Shown in pieces: positions 9,125-16,800 of a stretch of 30,000 bases of DNA. Location: assembly GCF_001544915.2 (NCBI RefSeq), contig NZ_FCOE02000043.1:1-30000 (forward strand), in the 5' to 3' direction. The position numbers and the translations under genes were made by a program. The notes beneath the pieces are model-generated. The model searched no databases. It saw only the letters and a program-made list of their open reading frames with translations, and was not told the origin of the DNA. Every line of letters starts with the position of its first letter. Position 1 is the stretch's first letter. Source of the DNA: Caballeronia pedi (GTDB lineage Bacteria > Pseudomonadota > Gammaproteobacteria > Burkholderiales > Burkholderiaceae).

Positions 9125-9808
9125 ATGACCCTCGCCACCACCACGCAGAAACGCGCATCCAAGACCGCCGAGGCCGACGTCACGCGTCAGCCCAGACAAC
9201 GGGACCCGGAGGTGACGAAGGCCCGCATCCTCGAAGCCGCGAAAAAGGAATTCGCCAAGCTCGGCATGGCGGGCGCGCGAGTCGAAGCCATCGCGACACG
9301 CGCGAAGGCCAACAAGCGGATGATCTATCACTACTTCGGCAGCAAGGAGGAACTGTTCGTCGCGGTCCTCGAAGACGTCTACGCCGACATCCGCTTTGCC
9401 GAGCAGAAGCTCGATCTCGACCATCTCTCCCCCGAGGACGCGATCGTCGCGCTCACCACGCACACCTGGAACTACTACCTGAAGAACCCCGAATTCATGA
9501 CGCTCGTGAACAGCGAGAACCTGCATCGTGCGCGGCATGTCAAGAAGTCCGCGCGCTTCAAGGAACTGCATCAGGGTTTCATTTCGATGCTCCAGCGCAT
9601 CCTCGACCGCGGCGTCGCAGCAGGCGTGTTCCGTAGCGGCGTCGATGCGCGGCAACTGCACATCACCATGGCCGCGATCGGCTATTACTACCTCACGAAC
9701 CGCTTCACGAGCGGTGTGATCTTCGACATCGACTTCATGGACAAGGCGGCGCTCAAGAGCCGCCTCGACTTCAACATCGAGACCATCCTGCGGCTCGTAC
9801 GGCCGTGA
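9125..9808 (+). CDS. TetR/AcrR-family transcriptional regulator
   Basis: 227 aa. The N-terminal HTH region ILEAAKKEFAKLGMAGARVEAIATRAKANKRMIYHYFGSKEELF is typical of TetR proteins. The gene is transcribed divergently from the ALDH arm. Confidence 0.9.
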   Translation: MTLATTTQKRASKTAEADVTRQPRQRDPEVTKARILEAAKKEFAKLGMAGARVEAIATRAKANKRMIYHYFGSKEELFVAVLEDVYADIRFAEQKLDLDHLSPEDAIVALTTHTWNYYLKNPEFMTLVNSENLHRARHVKKSARFKELHQGFISMLQRILDRGVAAGVFRSGVDARQLHITMAAIGYYYLTNRFTSGVIFDIDFMDKAALKSRLDFNIETILRLVRP

Positions 9809-9833
9809 AGCTTGCGCGCGCAGTGGCGTCATC

Positions 9834-11366
9834 TCACGCCACCTTCTCTTGCGATGCCGACATCCGCGCGAACAACGCTTCATCGACGAGCGGACGGAAC
9901 GCCATGCGCGCGAGCACGTCACGCTCGATATCGACGCCATCCGCAACCTCGATCAGACGCACGCCTTCGGCTTCGAGTCGAAACACCGCGCGCTCGGTCA
10001 CGTAAAGCACTTCCTGAGCGCTGCGCAACGCCTGCTCGCCGCTGAACGTGATGTGCTGCACGCGTTCGACGAGCTTCGGCACGCTGCCCGGCGACACGAT
10101 GTTCAAACGCGTCCCTACCTGTTCGACTGCCAGCCCCTTCGCCTCGAAACTGCCGCAGAAAACGATCTTGCGCGCGCCCTGCGTGATGTCGATGAAACCG
10201 CCCGGCCCGACCACCGTCGAACCGAGCTTCGACACGTTGATATTGCCCGCGCCATCCATCTCGCCCATGCCGAGGAAGGAAACATCGACGCCGCCGCCGC
10301 TGTAGAAATCGAACTGGTCGACGCTCGACAGGATCGCGTGTGCATTGCGCGCCGTGCCGAACATGGGGCCATCGAGCATGGCGCCGTTGTGGATGCCCTG
10401 CTCCACCGATCCCCAGAACGTGCCCATGCGCCCCTGCTCCGCAAGCAACGCCGGAATGCCGCCCGGAATGCCGAAACCGAAATTCGCCGACTGTCCCTCA
10501 TGCAGTTCGAGCGCGGCGCGCGCCGCGATGATGCGGCGGATGCCCGTCGGCGCTTCGTAGAACCCGTCGCCGATGGCGCACTGCGCTTCGCCGCTCAGCG
10601 CCGGATCGTAGTCCGACACCACGCATTGCACCTGCCCGGGTGTCTCGACGAGCGTATCGACGAGAATGCCCGGAATGCGTACGAGGCGCGCCGGCACATA
10701 GCCGTCAGGCTCGCGCTCCTTCACCTGCACGATGACGCGGCCCGCGCTGTTGTGCGCGGCCAGCGCGGCGGCGTAGACATCGAGGTCGGCCGGTTCGCGT
10801 CGCAGGGTGACATTGCCGCTTTCATCGGCGGATGAGCCGCGCACGATCGCGAAATCGACCTTGAACGGCTTGTAGCGCAGGTACTCACGGCCGTCGAGTT
10901 CGATCAGCTCCACCAGGTCTTCGCTGGCGCGTTCGTTGATCTTGCCGCCATCGATACGCGGATCGACAAAGGTTCGCAGTCCCACATGCGTGACGAGTCC
11001 CGGCCGGCCCGCGCCGATCTCGCGCAGCAGCGTGGAGATGACGCCCGCCGGAAAGCTGTACGCCTCGAACGCATTCTCGCGGGCGAGCTTCTGCATCGCG
11101 GGCGCCCAGCTCCAGTGGCCGCCGATCACGCGCCTGACCATGCCCGCATGCGCGAACCGGCCCAGCCCGCTGCCCTTGGCGTCGCCGATACCGAGCGCGT
11201 GGACGATGGTCAGGTCGCGCGGATGCCCGGTTTCGAGAAAGCGCCGTTCGAGCTGCGCGAGCACGGCGTCCGCTTCGAGCAGCCCGCCGCCGGAACCCGC
11301 GAGCGCGATCGTCGCGCCATCGAAAATCTGCCCGACCGCAGCGGCAGCGTCCATCCACTTGTTCAC
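9834..11366 (-). CDS. Family-I acyl-CoA:acetate/3-ketoacid CoA-transferase, fused alpha/beta type (YdiF-like)
   Basis: ORF 9834..11414. The product is about 510 aa with the ALAGSGGGLLEADAV and GGHWSWAP regions typical of fused family-I CoA-transferases. I chose the GTG at 11364-11366, 6 nt after an AAGGAG RBS. The ATG at 11352-11354 is an alternative start. Confidence 0.8.
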   Translation of the reverse strand: MNKWMDAAAAVGQIFDGATIALAGSGGGLLEADAVLAQLERRFLETGHPRDLTIVHALGIGDAKGSGLGRFAHAGMVRRVIGGHWSWAPAMQKLARENAFEAYSFPAGVISTLLREIGAGRPGLVTHVGLRTFVDPRIDGGKINERASEDLVELIELDGREYLRYKPFKVDFAIVRGSSADESGNVTLRREPADLDVYAAALAAHNSAGRVIVQVKEREPDGYVPARLVRIPGILVDTLVETPGQVQCVVSDYDPALSGEAQCAIGDGFYEAPTGIRRIIAARAALELHEGQSANFGFGIPGGIPALLAEQGRMGTFWGSVEQGIHNGAMLDGPMFGTARNAHAILSSVDQFDFYSGGGVDVSFLGMGEMDGAGNINVSKLGSTVVGPGGFIDITQGARKIVFCGSFEAKGLAVEQVGTRLNIVSPGSVPKLVERVQHITFSGEQALRSAQEVLYVTERAVFRLEAEGVRLIEVADGVDIERDVLARMAFRPLVDEALFARMSASQEKVA

Positions 11367-11400
11367 TGAAAGCTCCTTTGAGAATCCGCCGCGAAAGCCA

Positions 11401-11429
11401 TTGACAGCGGCCATTCGTTGGTCTTAAAT
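11401..11429 (+). promoter_or_regulatory. Putative sigma70 promoter of the ACAD operon (TTGACA-N17-TTAAAT)
   Basis: Perfect -35 TTGACA at 11401-11406, a 17-nt spacer, and -10 TTAAAT at 11424-11429. The implied leader before the ATG at 11569 is about 130 nt. Confidence 0.5.
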
Positions 11430-11433
11430 AACC

Positions 11434-11449
11434 CACCAGATGGTTACTT
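11434..11449 (+). promoter_or_regulatory. Candidate operator box B (CACCAgatGGTTACTT) overlapping the predicted transcription start of the ACAD operon
   Basis: Same box as 9028..9043. It is embedded in the inverted repeat TAACC-N8-GGTTA (11429-11446). An inverted copy of ACCAGAT occurs at 11539-11545. Confidence 0.45.
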
Positions 11450-11568
11450 GTTGCGAATGTTGGCACACGAAACCTCTGAATTCAAGCGGTATTTCGACGG
11501 TCTGCGGGTATACCTTCAAGACAAGTCCTGCCGCAAATATCTGGTCTGACGAATGGCATGGAGACAGC

Positions 11569-12714
11569 ATGAGACTCTCGGAAACACACGAGCAAATCCG
11601 CGACACCACGCGGCGTTTTGCGCAGGAAGTCATCCGGCCCCTGGCCGAGGAACTGGATCGCGAAGAGCGCTTTCCGGCGGAGATCTACAAGCAGATGGGC
11701 GAGCTCGGGCTATTCGGCATCACCGTGCCGGAGGCATTCGGCGGCGCCGGGATGGATGTCACGGCGTATGCGCTCGTGATGGAGGAGTTGTCGCGCGGTT
11801 ACGCGTCGGTGGCGGACCAGTGCGGCCTGCTCGAACTCGTCGGCACCTTGCTGAGCGTGCACGGCAGCGATGCGCAGCGCGCAAGGTATCTCGAATCGCT
11901 GCTGCGCGCGGAGCTGCGCCCGGCTTACTGCATCACCGAATCCGACGCGGGGACGGACGTCTCCGGCATCCGGACCACCGCCACGCGTACGGCCGATGGC
12001 TGGGAACTCAGCGGCGCGAAGCTGTGGATTCATAACGCGCCGGTCGCGGACCTCGCCTTCGTGCTGGCGCGCACCGACCCGGCGGCGGGCAAGCGCGGCA
12101 TGAGCATCTTCATCGTCGACTGTCATTTGCCAGGTGTATCGAAGGGGCCGAAGGAGCACAAGATGGGGCAGCGCGCGTCGCAGGTCGGGGAGCTTCATTT
12201 CGATCGCGTGAAGCTTGCCGAAGACGCGCTGCTCGGACAGGAAGGCCGCGGCTTTCACATGATGATGAGCGCGCTCGACAAAGGCCGCGTGGGCATTGCC
12301 GCGCTGGCGGTCGGCATTGCGCAGGCGGGTCTCGAAGCCGCGCTCGACTACGCGCAGACCCGCAAGCAGTTCGGCACGCATATCGCCGAGTTTCAGGGCG
12401 TGCAGTGGATGCTCGCCGACATGGCGAAGGATATCCAGGCCGCGCGCCTGCTGGTGCACGATGCCGCCGCGCGTCTCGAAGCCGGTGAGCGTGCGAGCAT
12501 CGCATGTTCGATGGCGAAATGCTTCGCGGGCGATACAGCGGTCAAGCACAGCGCGAATGCCGTGCAGATCTTCGGCGGCAGTGGCTACATTCGCGGCTAT
12601 GAAGTGGAACGCCTCTATCGCGATGCGAAGATCACGCAGATCTACGAAGGCACGAACCAGATTCAGCGCACGATCATCGCGCGCGATCTGATCGCCAACG
12701 GAGCATCGTTATGA
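11569..12714 (+). CDS. Acyl-CoA dehydrogenase (short/medium-chain type, ETF-dependent)
   Basis: ORF 11440..12714. I chose the start at MRLSETHEQIRDTTRRFAQE (ATG 11569) after a GGAGAC RBS. The product is 381 aa. The C-terminal IYEGTNQIQRTIIAR segment carries the catalytic Glu typical of this subfamily. Confidence 0.9.
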   Translation: MRLSETHEQIRDTTRRFAQEVIRPLAEELDREERFPAEIYKQMGELGLFGITVPEAFGGAGMDVTAYALVMEELSRGYASVADQCGLLELVGTLLSVHGSDAQRARYLESLLRAELRPAYCITESDAGTDVSGIRTTATRTADGWELSGAKLWIHNAPVADLAFVLARTDPAAGKRGMSIFIVDCHLPGVSKGPKEHKMGQRASQVGELHFDRVKLAEDALLGQEGRGFHMMMSALDKGRVGIAALAVGIAQAGLEAALDYAQTRKQFGTHIAEFQGVQWMLADMAKDIQAARLLVHDAAARLEAGERASIACSMAKCFAGDTAVKHSANAVQIFGGSGYIRGYEVERLYRDAKITQIYEGTNQIQRTIIARDLIANGASL

Positions 12715-13490
12715 GCGCGCGCCCCGTTGCGCTCGTCACGGGCAGCCGGCGCGGCATCGGGCGGGCGATTGCAATCGAACTCGGCCGCGCGGGATTCGAT
12801 GTCGCGCTCACCGACGCCGTGGCCTCCGATGAACTCGATCAGGCCGCCGCCGAAGTCGCACGGACCGGCGCGCGGGCGATCGCCGTCGTCTCCGATCTCG
12901 CCGATATCGCCTCGCATCACGCCACGCTGCTCGATGTCGAAACGCGTCTCGGCGGTCCGATCGATTGCCTCGTGAATAACGCGGGCGTGTCGGTAATGTC
13001 GCGCGGCGATCTGCTCGACGTGACGCCCGAGAGCTTCGACCGCTGTATCGCGATCAATACGCGCGGGACCTTCTTTCTGACGCAGGCGTTCGCGCGGCAC
13101 TTTCTGTCGCGTACGCGCAAGAGCGTGGCGGCACATCCGAGCGTCATCACGATCACCTCGTCGAATGCGGTCGCCGCTTCGCCATTGCGCAGCGAGTATT
13201 GCGTGTCGAAGGCGGGGTCATCGATGGCCACGACGCTGTTTTCGCTGCGTCTCGCGGAGCACGGCATCGGCGTCTATGAAGTGCAGCCCGGTCTGATCGA
13301 GACCGAGATGACCGCGCCTTCCCGCGCGCGCTATGACGCGCAGATGGAGCAAGGTCTCACCGCCATCAGGCGCTGGGGCACGCCACTGGAAGTCGCGACC
13401 GCCGTGCGCACGCTCGCGACCGGTGGCTTGCCCTATAGCGTAGGACAGGCGATCCGCGTCGATGGCGGCTTACTCGTCAACAAATACTGA
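12711..13490 (+). CDS. Short-chain dehydrogenase/reductase (3-oxoacyl/3-hydroxyacyl reductase-like)
   Basis: 259 aa. Cofactor motif TGSRRGIGRAIA, NNAG, and catalytic YCVSK (YxxxK). The start overlaps the ACAD stop (ATGA at 12711-12714). Confidence 0.9.
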   Translation: MSARPVALVTGSRRGIGRAIAIELGRAGFDVALTDAVASDELDQAAAEVARTGARAIAVVSDLADIASHHATLLDVETRLGGPIDCLVNNAGVSVMSRGDLLDVTPESFDRCIAINTRGTFFLTQAFARHFLSRTRKSVAAHPSVITITSSNAVAASPLRSEYCVSKAGSSMATTLFSLRLAEHGIGVYEVQPGLIETEMTAPSRARYDAQMEQGLTAIRRWGTPLEVATAVRTLATGGLPYSVGQAIRVDGGLLVNKY

Positions 13491-13491
13491 C

Positions 13492-14667
13492 ATGCACATG
13501 ACCTCAACGCTCAAGCTGCCGACTACCCTCGGCACGATGGAAAGTTATCGCCTGCAAGGCACGCCGCTCGATGTGCGAACGCCCGCTCGCGCGTTCAACC
13601 GCATCACCTATTCGGCCGCGCACGTCGTGGCCGATCCGCTGCGCGCCGCTGAACTCGGCGCGCCGCCCGCCATCGACTGGGAGCGCACGCTCGAATATCG
13701 GCGCTATCTGCTCAGGCAAGGTCTCGGCATCGCCGAGGCGATGGACACCGCGCAACGCGGCATGGGTCTTCCGTGGCATAGCGCGCTGGAACTCATCACG
13801 CGCACCATCGAAGGCACGCGCGATATTCCCGGCGCATTGATTGCGTCGGGCTGCGGCACGGATCACGTCGCGCTGTCATCGATCACGAACTGCGATCAGG
13901 TGATCCGCGCCTACGCCGAACAACTCGAAGCCGTGCAGCGCGTGGGCGGACGCGTCATCCTGATGGCAAGCCGGGCGCTTGCGCGGGTCGCGCGCTCGCC
14001 GGATGACTATCGGCGGGTCTATCGTGAAGTCCTGGCAATGTGCGATCGGCCGGTGATCCTGCACTGGCTCGGCGAGATGTTCGATCCCGAACTGGCGGGT
14101 TACTGGGGCGAAGCGGCTTATGAGCGCGCCGCGCAAGTGTGTCTCGACGTGATCGGCGACAGCGTCGATCGTGTCGACGGCATCAAGATATCCCTGCTCG
14201 ACGACGCCAAGGAAATTGCGTTCCGCCGTCGGCTGCCGCACACGGTGAAGATGTACACCGGCGACGATTTCAACTATCCGGACCTGATAGCGGGCGACGC
14301 CGCCGGTTATTCGCATGCGCTGCTCGGCATCTTCGATGCGATTGCGCCGGCCGCGTCGCAGGCACTCGACGCGCTCGCCGGCGATGACCTCGATACGTTC
14401 CATGCGCTGCTTGCGCCGACGGTTCCGCTGTCGCGTCACATCTTCCGGGCGCCGACGCAGTACTACAAGACCGGCGTCGTGTTCCTCGCCTATCTGAACG
14501 GCTTTCAGGATCACTTCTTCATGCTCGGCGGCCATCATGGCATGCGCCCGCCCGCCTATCTCGCGGATGTTTTCCGTCTTGCCGACCAGGCAGGTCTGCT
14601 GCGCGATCCCGACGGTGCCATCGGCCGCGTTCGCAAGGTCATGACGGCGCTTGGTTGCGGCGAGTGA
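13492..14667 (+). CDS. DUF993-family protein (annotated in databases as dihydrodipicolinate synthase family; function unknown)
   Basis: ORF 13462..14667. The segments YSAAHVVADPL and GIAEAMDTAQRGMGL match what I recall as hallmarks of DUF993. The ATG at 13492 lies 1 nt after the SDR stop; the ATG at 13498 is equally possible. Confidence 0.7.
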   Translation: MHMTSTLKLPTTLGTMESYRLQGTPLDVRTPARAFNRITYSAAHVVADPLRAAELGAPPAIDWERTLEYRRYLLRQGLGIAEAMDTAQRGMGLPWHSALELITRTIEGTRDIPGALIASGCGTDHVALSSITNCDQVIRAYAEQLEAVQRVGGRVILMASRALARVARSPDDYRRVYREVLAMCDRPVILHWLGEMFDPELAGYWGEAAYERAAQVCLDVIGDSVDRVDGIKISLLDDAKEIAFRRRLPHTVKMYTGDDFNYPDLIAGDAAGYSHALLGIFDAIAPAASQALDALAGDDLDTFHALLAPTVPLSRHIFRAPTQYYKTGVVFLAYLNGFQDHFFMLGGHHGMRPPAYLADVFRLADQAGLLRDPDGAIGRVRKVMTALGCGE

Positions 14668-14669
14668 TC

Positions 14670-15521
14670 ATGAGAAACCTGCAGGGAAGACTCGATCTTT
14701 GCTCCGTCAACACCGCGACGCTCGGCCATCGCGAGCCGCTGAGCGTGACGATCGACCGCATTGCGGCGGCAGGATTCGGCGGCATCGCACCGTGGCGTCA
14801 TGAAGTGGAGAACGCGAATGTGGCCGAACTCGCGAGGCAGCTCCGCGCTGTCGGCCTGAGCGTCACGGGCTATTGCCGTTCGACGTATCTGCCAGCGACC
14901 AGCCGTGAGCAATTCGCCGCGAACATCGACGCGAACAAGGCGGCCCTGCGCGATGCCGCGACCCTTGGTGCGCGCTGCTTCGTCATGGTGGTCGGTGGCT
15001 TGCCCGAGGGCAGCCGAGATCTGGACGGCGCGCGCGCTCAGGTCATCGACGGGATCGGCGAACTGCTTCAGACGGCGCGCGATTGTGGCGTGCCGCTCGC
15101 GCTCGAACCGCTTCATCCGATGTACGCAGCGGACCGCGCCGTCATCAACACGCTTGCGCAGGCGCTGGACATTTGCGCCGAACTCGATCCTGAGCACGCC
15201 GGCAATCTCGGCGTCGCGCTCGATGTCTATCACTGCTGGTGGGACCCGGCGCTGCGCGCATCGATCGCGCGAGCGGGACAGGACGAACGCCTGCTCGCGT
15301 TTCATGTGTGCGACTGGCTGCGCGAAACACGCGATCTCTTGCTGGATCGCGGCATGATGGGCGACGGTGTCGTCGATCTCTCCGGCATTCGAAGGAGCGT
15401 CGAGCACGCCGGTTATGACGGACTGGTCGAAGTCGAGATTTTCTCGAAAGAAAACTGGTGGCGCCGCGATCCGGATGACGTGCTGCGCATCTGCGCGGAA
15501 CGCCTGCAGAACGTATGCTGA
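14670..15521 (+). CDS. Sugar phosphate isomerase/epimerase-family protein (xylose isomerase-like TIM barrel)
   Basis: ORF 14655..15521. I chose the start at MRNLQGRLDL, 2 nt after the DUF993 stop. At 283 aa, its length and pattern (LALEPLHP, FHVCDW) are typical of the AP-endonuclease-2/xylose-isomerase-like TIM family. Confidence 0.8.
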   Translation: MRNLQGRLDLCSVNTATLGHREPLSVTIDRIAAAGFGGIAPWRHEVENANVAELARQLRAVGLSVTGYCRSTYLPATSREQFAANIDANKAALRDAATLGARCFVMVVGGLPEGSRDLDGARAQVIDGIGELLQTARDCGVPLALEPLHPMYAADRAVINTLAQALDICAELDPEHAGNLGVALDVYHCWWDPALRASIARAGQDERLLAFHVCDWLRETRDLLLDRGMMGDGVVDLSGIRRSVEHAGYDGLVEVEIFSKENWWRRDPDDVLRICAERLQNVC

Positions 15522-15539
15522 AACGATGAGAGGAACATC

Positions 15540-16523
15540 ATGACGCGTGACAAGGTTCGTTGGGGCGTGCTTGGCGCCGCCCGAATCGCCGACAATTTCG
15601 TGGTGCCCGCCATCCAGCGATCGGCCAACGGTCGCGTGGTGTGCGTCGCCGCGCGCGATCGCGAGCGCGCTGCCGCTTTCGCCGCGCGGCACGGTATCGC
15701 AGCCGCACATGCGAGTTACGACGAAGTCATCGCAAGCGACCAGATCGATGCCGTCTACATCCCTCTGCCGACGGCCAGTCACTTCGAGTGGTGCAGAAAG
15801 GCGCTGCTCGCGGGCAAACATGTCCTGTGCGAAAAACCCATCGCGATGACGGCCTCGCAGGTTCGTGAGTTGATCGCGCTGCGGGACGCGACGGGCCTGA
15901 TCTGCGGCGAGGCGTTCATGGTTGCGCACCATCCGCAGTGGGCGTTCGTGAAGGAGCGCATCGCAGACGGGACACTTGGCCAACTGAAACGCGTGGAAGG
16001 GTCCTTCACTTATTTCAACGATGATCCTCGCGCACTCAAAAATGATCTGGCGCTGGGCGGCGGCGGGGTGCGCGACATCGGCGTCTATCCCGTCGTCACG
16101 ACGCGCATCGCGACGGGCCTCGAACCTGTCGAGGTCAACGCGAGCATTACCATCGATCCGCGCTACGGCACGGACACGCTGGCGGTCTGCGATCTGAAGT
16201 TTCCCGGCTTCGACCTTCACTTCTACTGCGGCACGCAACTCGCGCGCCGCCAGCATATGATCTTCCACGGCTCGAAAGGCTGGCTTTCACTGGATGCGCC
16301 GTTCAACCCCGGCGTATACGCCGGCGCGTGCGTTCATATTCGTTCGGATGACACGGGAAAGGTCGAAACGGTCGAGTTTGGAAACGTCGATCAGTATCAG
16401 TCGATGGTGGAAAACTTCAGTGCGGCGGTGCTCGGGCCGGACAAATCGATTGCATTTGCGCTCGAGAATTCGCTGGGCAACCAGCTTGTCATCGACGAGG
16501 TCCTGTCTCATGCCGACCGTTAG
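15540..16523 (+). CDS. Gfo/Idh/MocA-family NAD(P)-dependent oxidoreductase
   Basis: 327 aa. N-terminal Rossmann segment VRWGVLGAARIADNFVVPA plus the family motif HVLCEKP. GAGAGGA RBS upstream. Confidence 0.85.
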   Translation: MTRDKVRWGVLGAARIADNFVVPAIQRSANGRVVCVAARDRERAAAFAARHGIAAAHASYDEVIASDQIDAVYIPLPTASHFEWCRKALLAGKHVLCEKPIAMTASQVRELIALRDATGLICGEAFMVAHHPQWAFVKERIADGTLGQLKRVEGSFTYFNDDPRALKNDLALGGGGVRDIGVYPVVTTRIATGLEPVEVNASITIDPRYGTDTLAVCDLKFPGFDLHFYCGTQLARRQHMIFHGSKGWLSLDAPFNPGVYAGACVHIRSDDTGKVETVEFGNVDQYQSMVENFSAAVLGPDKSIAFALENSLGNQLVIDEVLSHADR

Positions 16524-16551
16524 CGCGACCGCAGGCAGGAAAGCAACGTCG

Positions 16552-16800
16552 ATGACCGATGTGCAGCAACTTCGGGAAACCCGCGCGCTGGCGGCCGCCT
16601 GCGCCAACGCGGATGACGCATCCTTATGGCGATGGTTTTCGGCCTTGATGGACGGTGGAGAAATTCGCTGGTGCCGCGCGGCCGAAGGCTGGCTCGTCAG
16701 CGTCAATCATCGGCATGTGGCGACCGCCGCATCCTTCGATGAGGCCATTCGCAGCGCCAAGGCGCATGTTCATTCCGCGATGCGCTTGAAACTGGCGTAG
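16552..16800 (+). CDS. Small hypothetical protein (82 aa), no family recognised
   Basis: Internal ATG of ORF 16294..16800, preceded by AGGAAAG. Third-codon positions are mostly G/C, consistent with coding sequence in this genome. Its 3' end overlaps the convergent RNase-like gene by 31 nt. Confidence 0.4.
   Translation: MTDVQQLRETRALAAACANADDASLWRWFSALMDGGEIRWCRAAEGWLVSVNHRHVATAASFDEAIRSAKAHVHSAMRLKLA

Noticed and set aside
11461-11466. TGGCAC, resembling the -24 element of a sigma54 promoter, upstream of the ACAD operon.
   Set aside because: There is no TTGC-like -12 element at the required spacing downstream, where the sequence reads acgaaACCTC. A good sigma70 promoter lies 35 nt upstream instead.
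16552-16800. The idea that the small ORF is a barstar-type immunity protein for the adjacent RNase-family gene.
   Set aside because: It is convergent rather than co-transcribed, it is not acidic, and it shows no resemblance to barstar as I recall it. The RNase homologue appears catalytically dead and would need no inhibitor.
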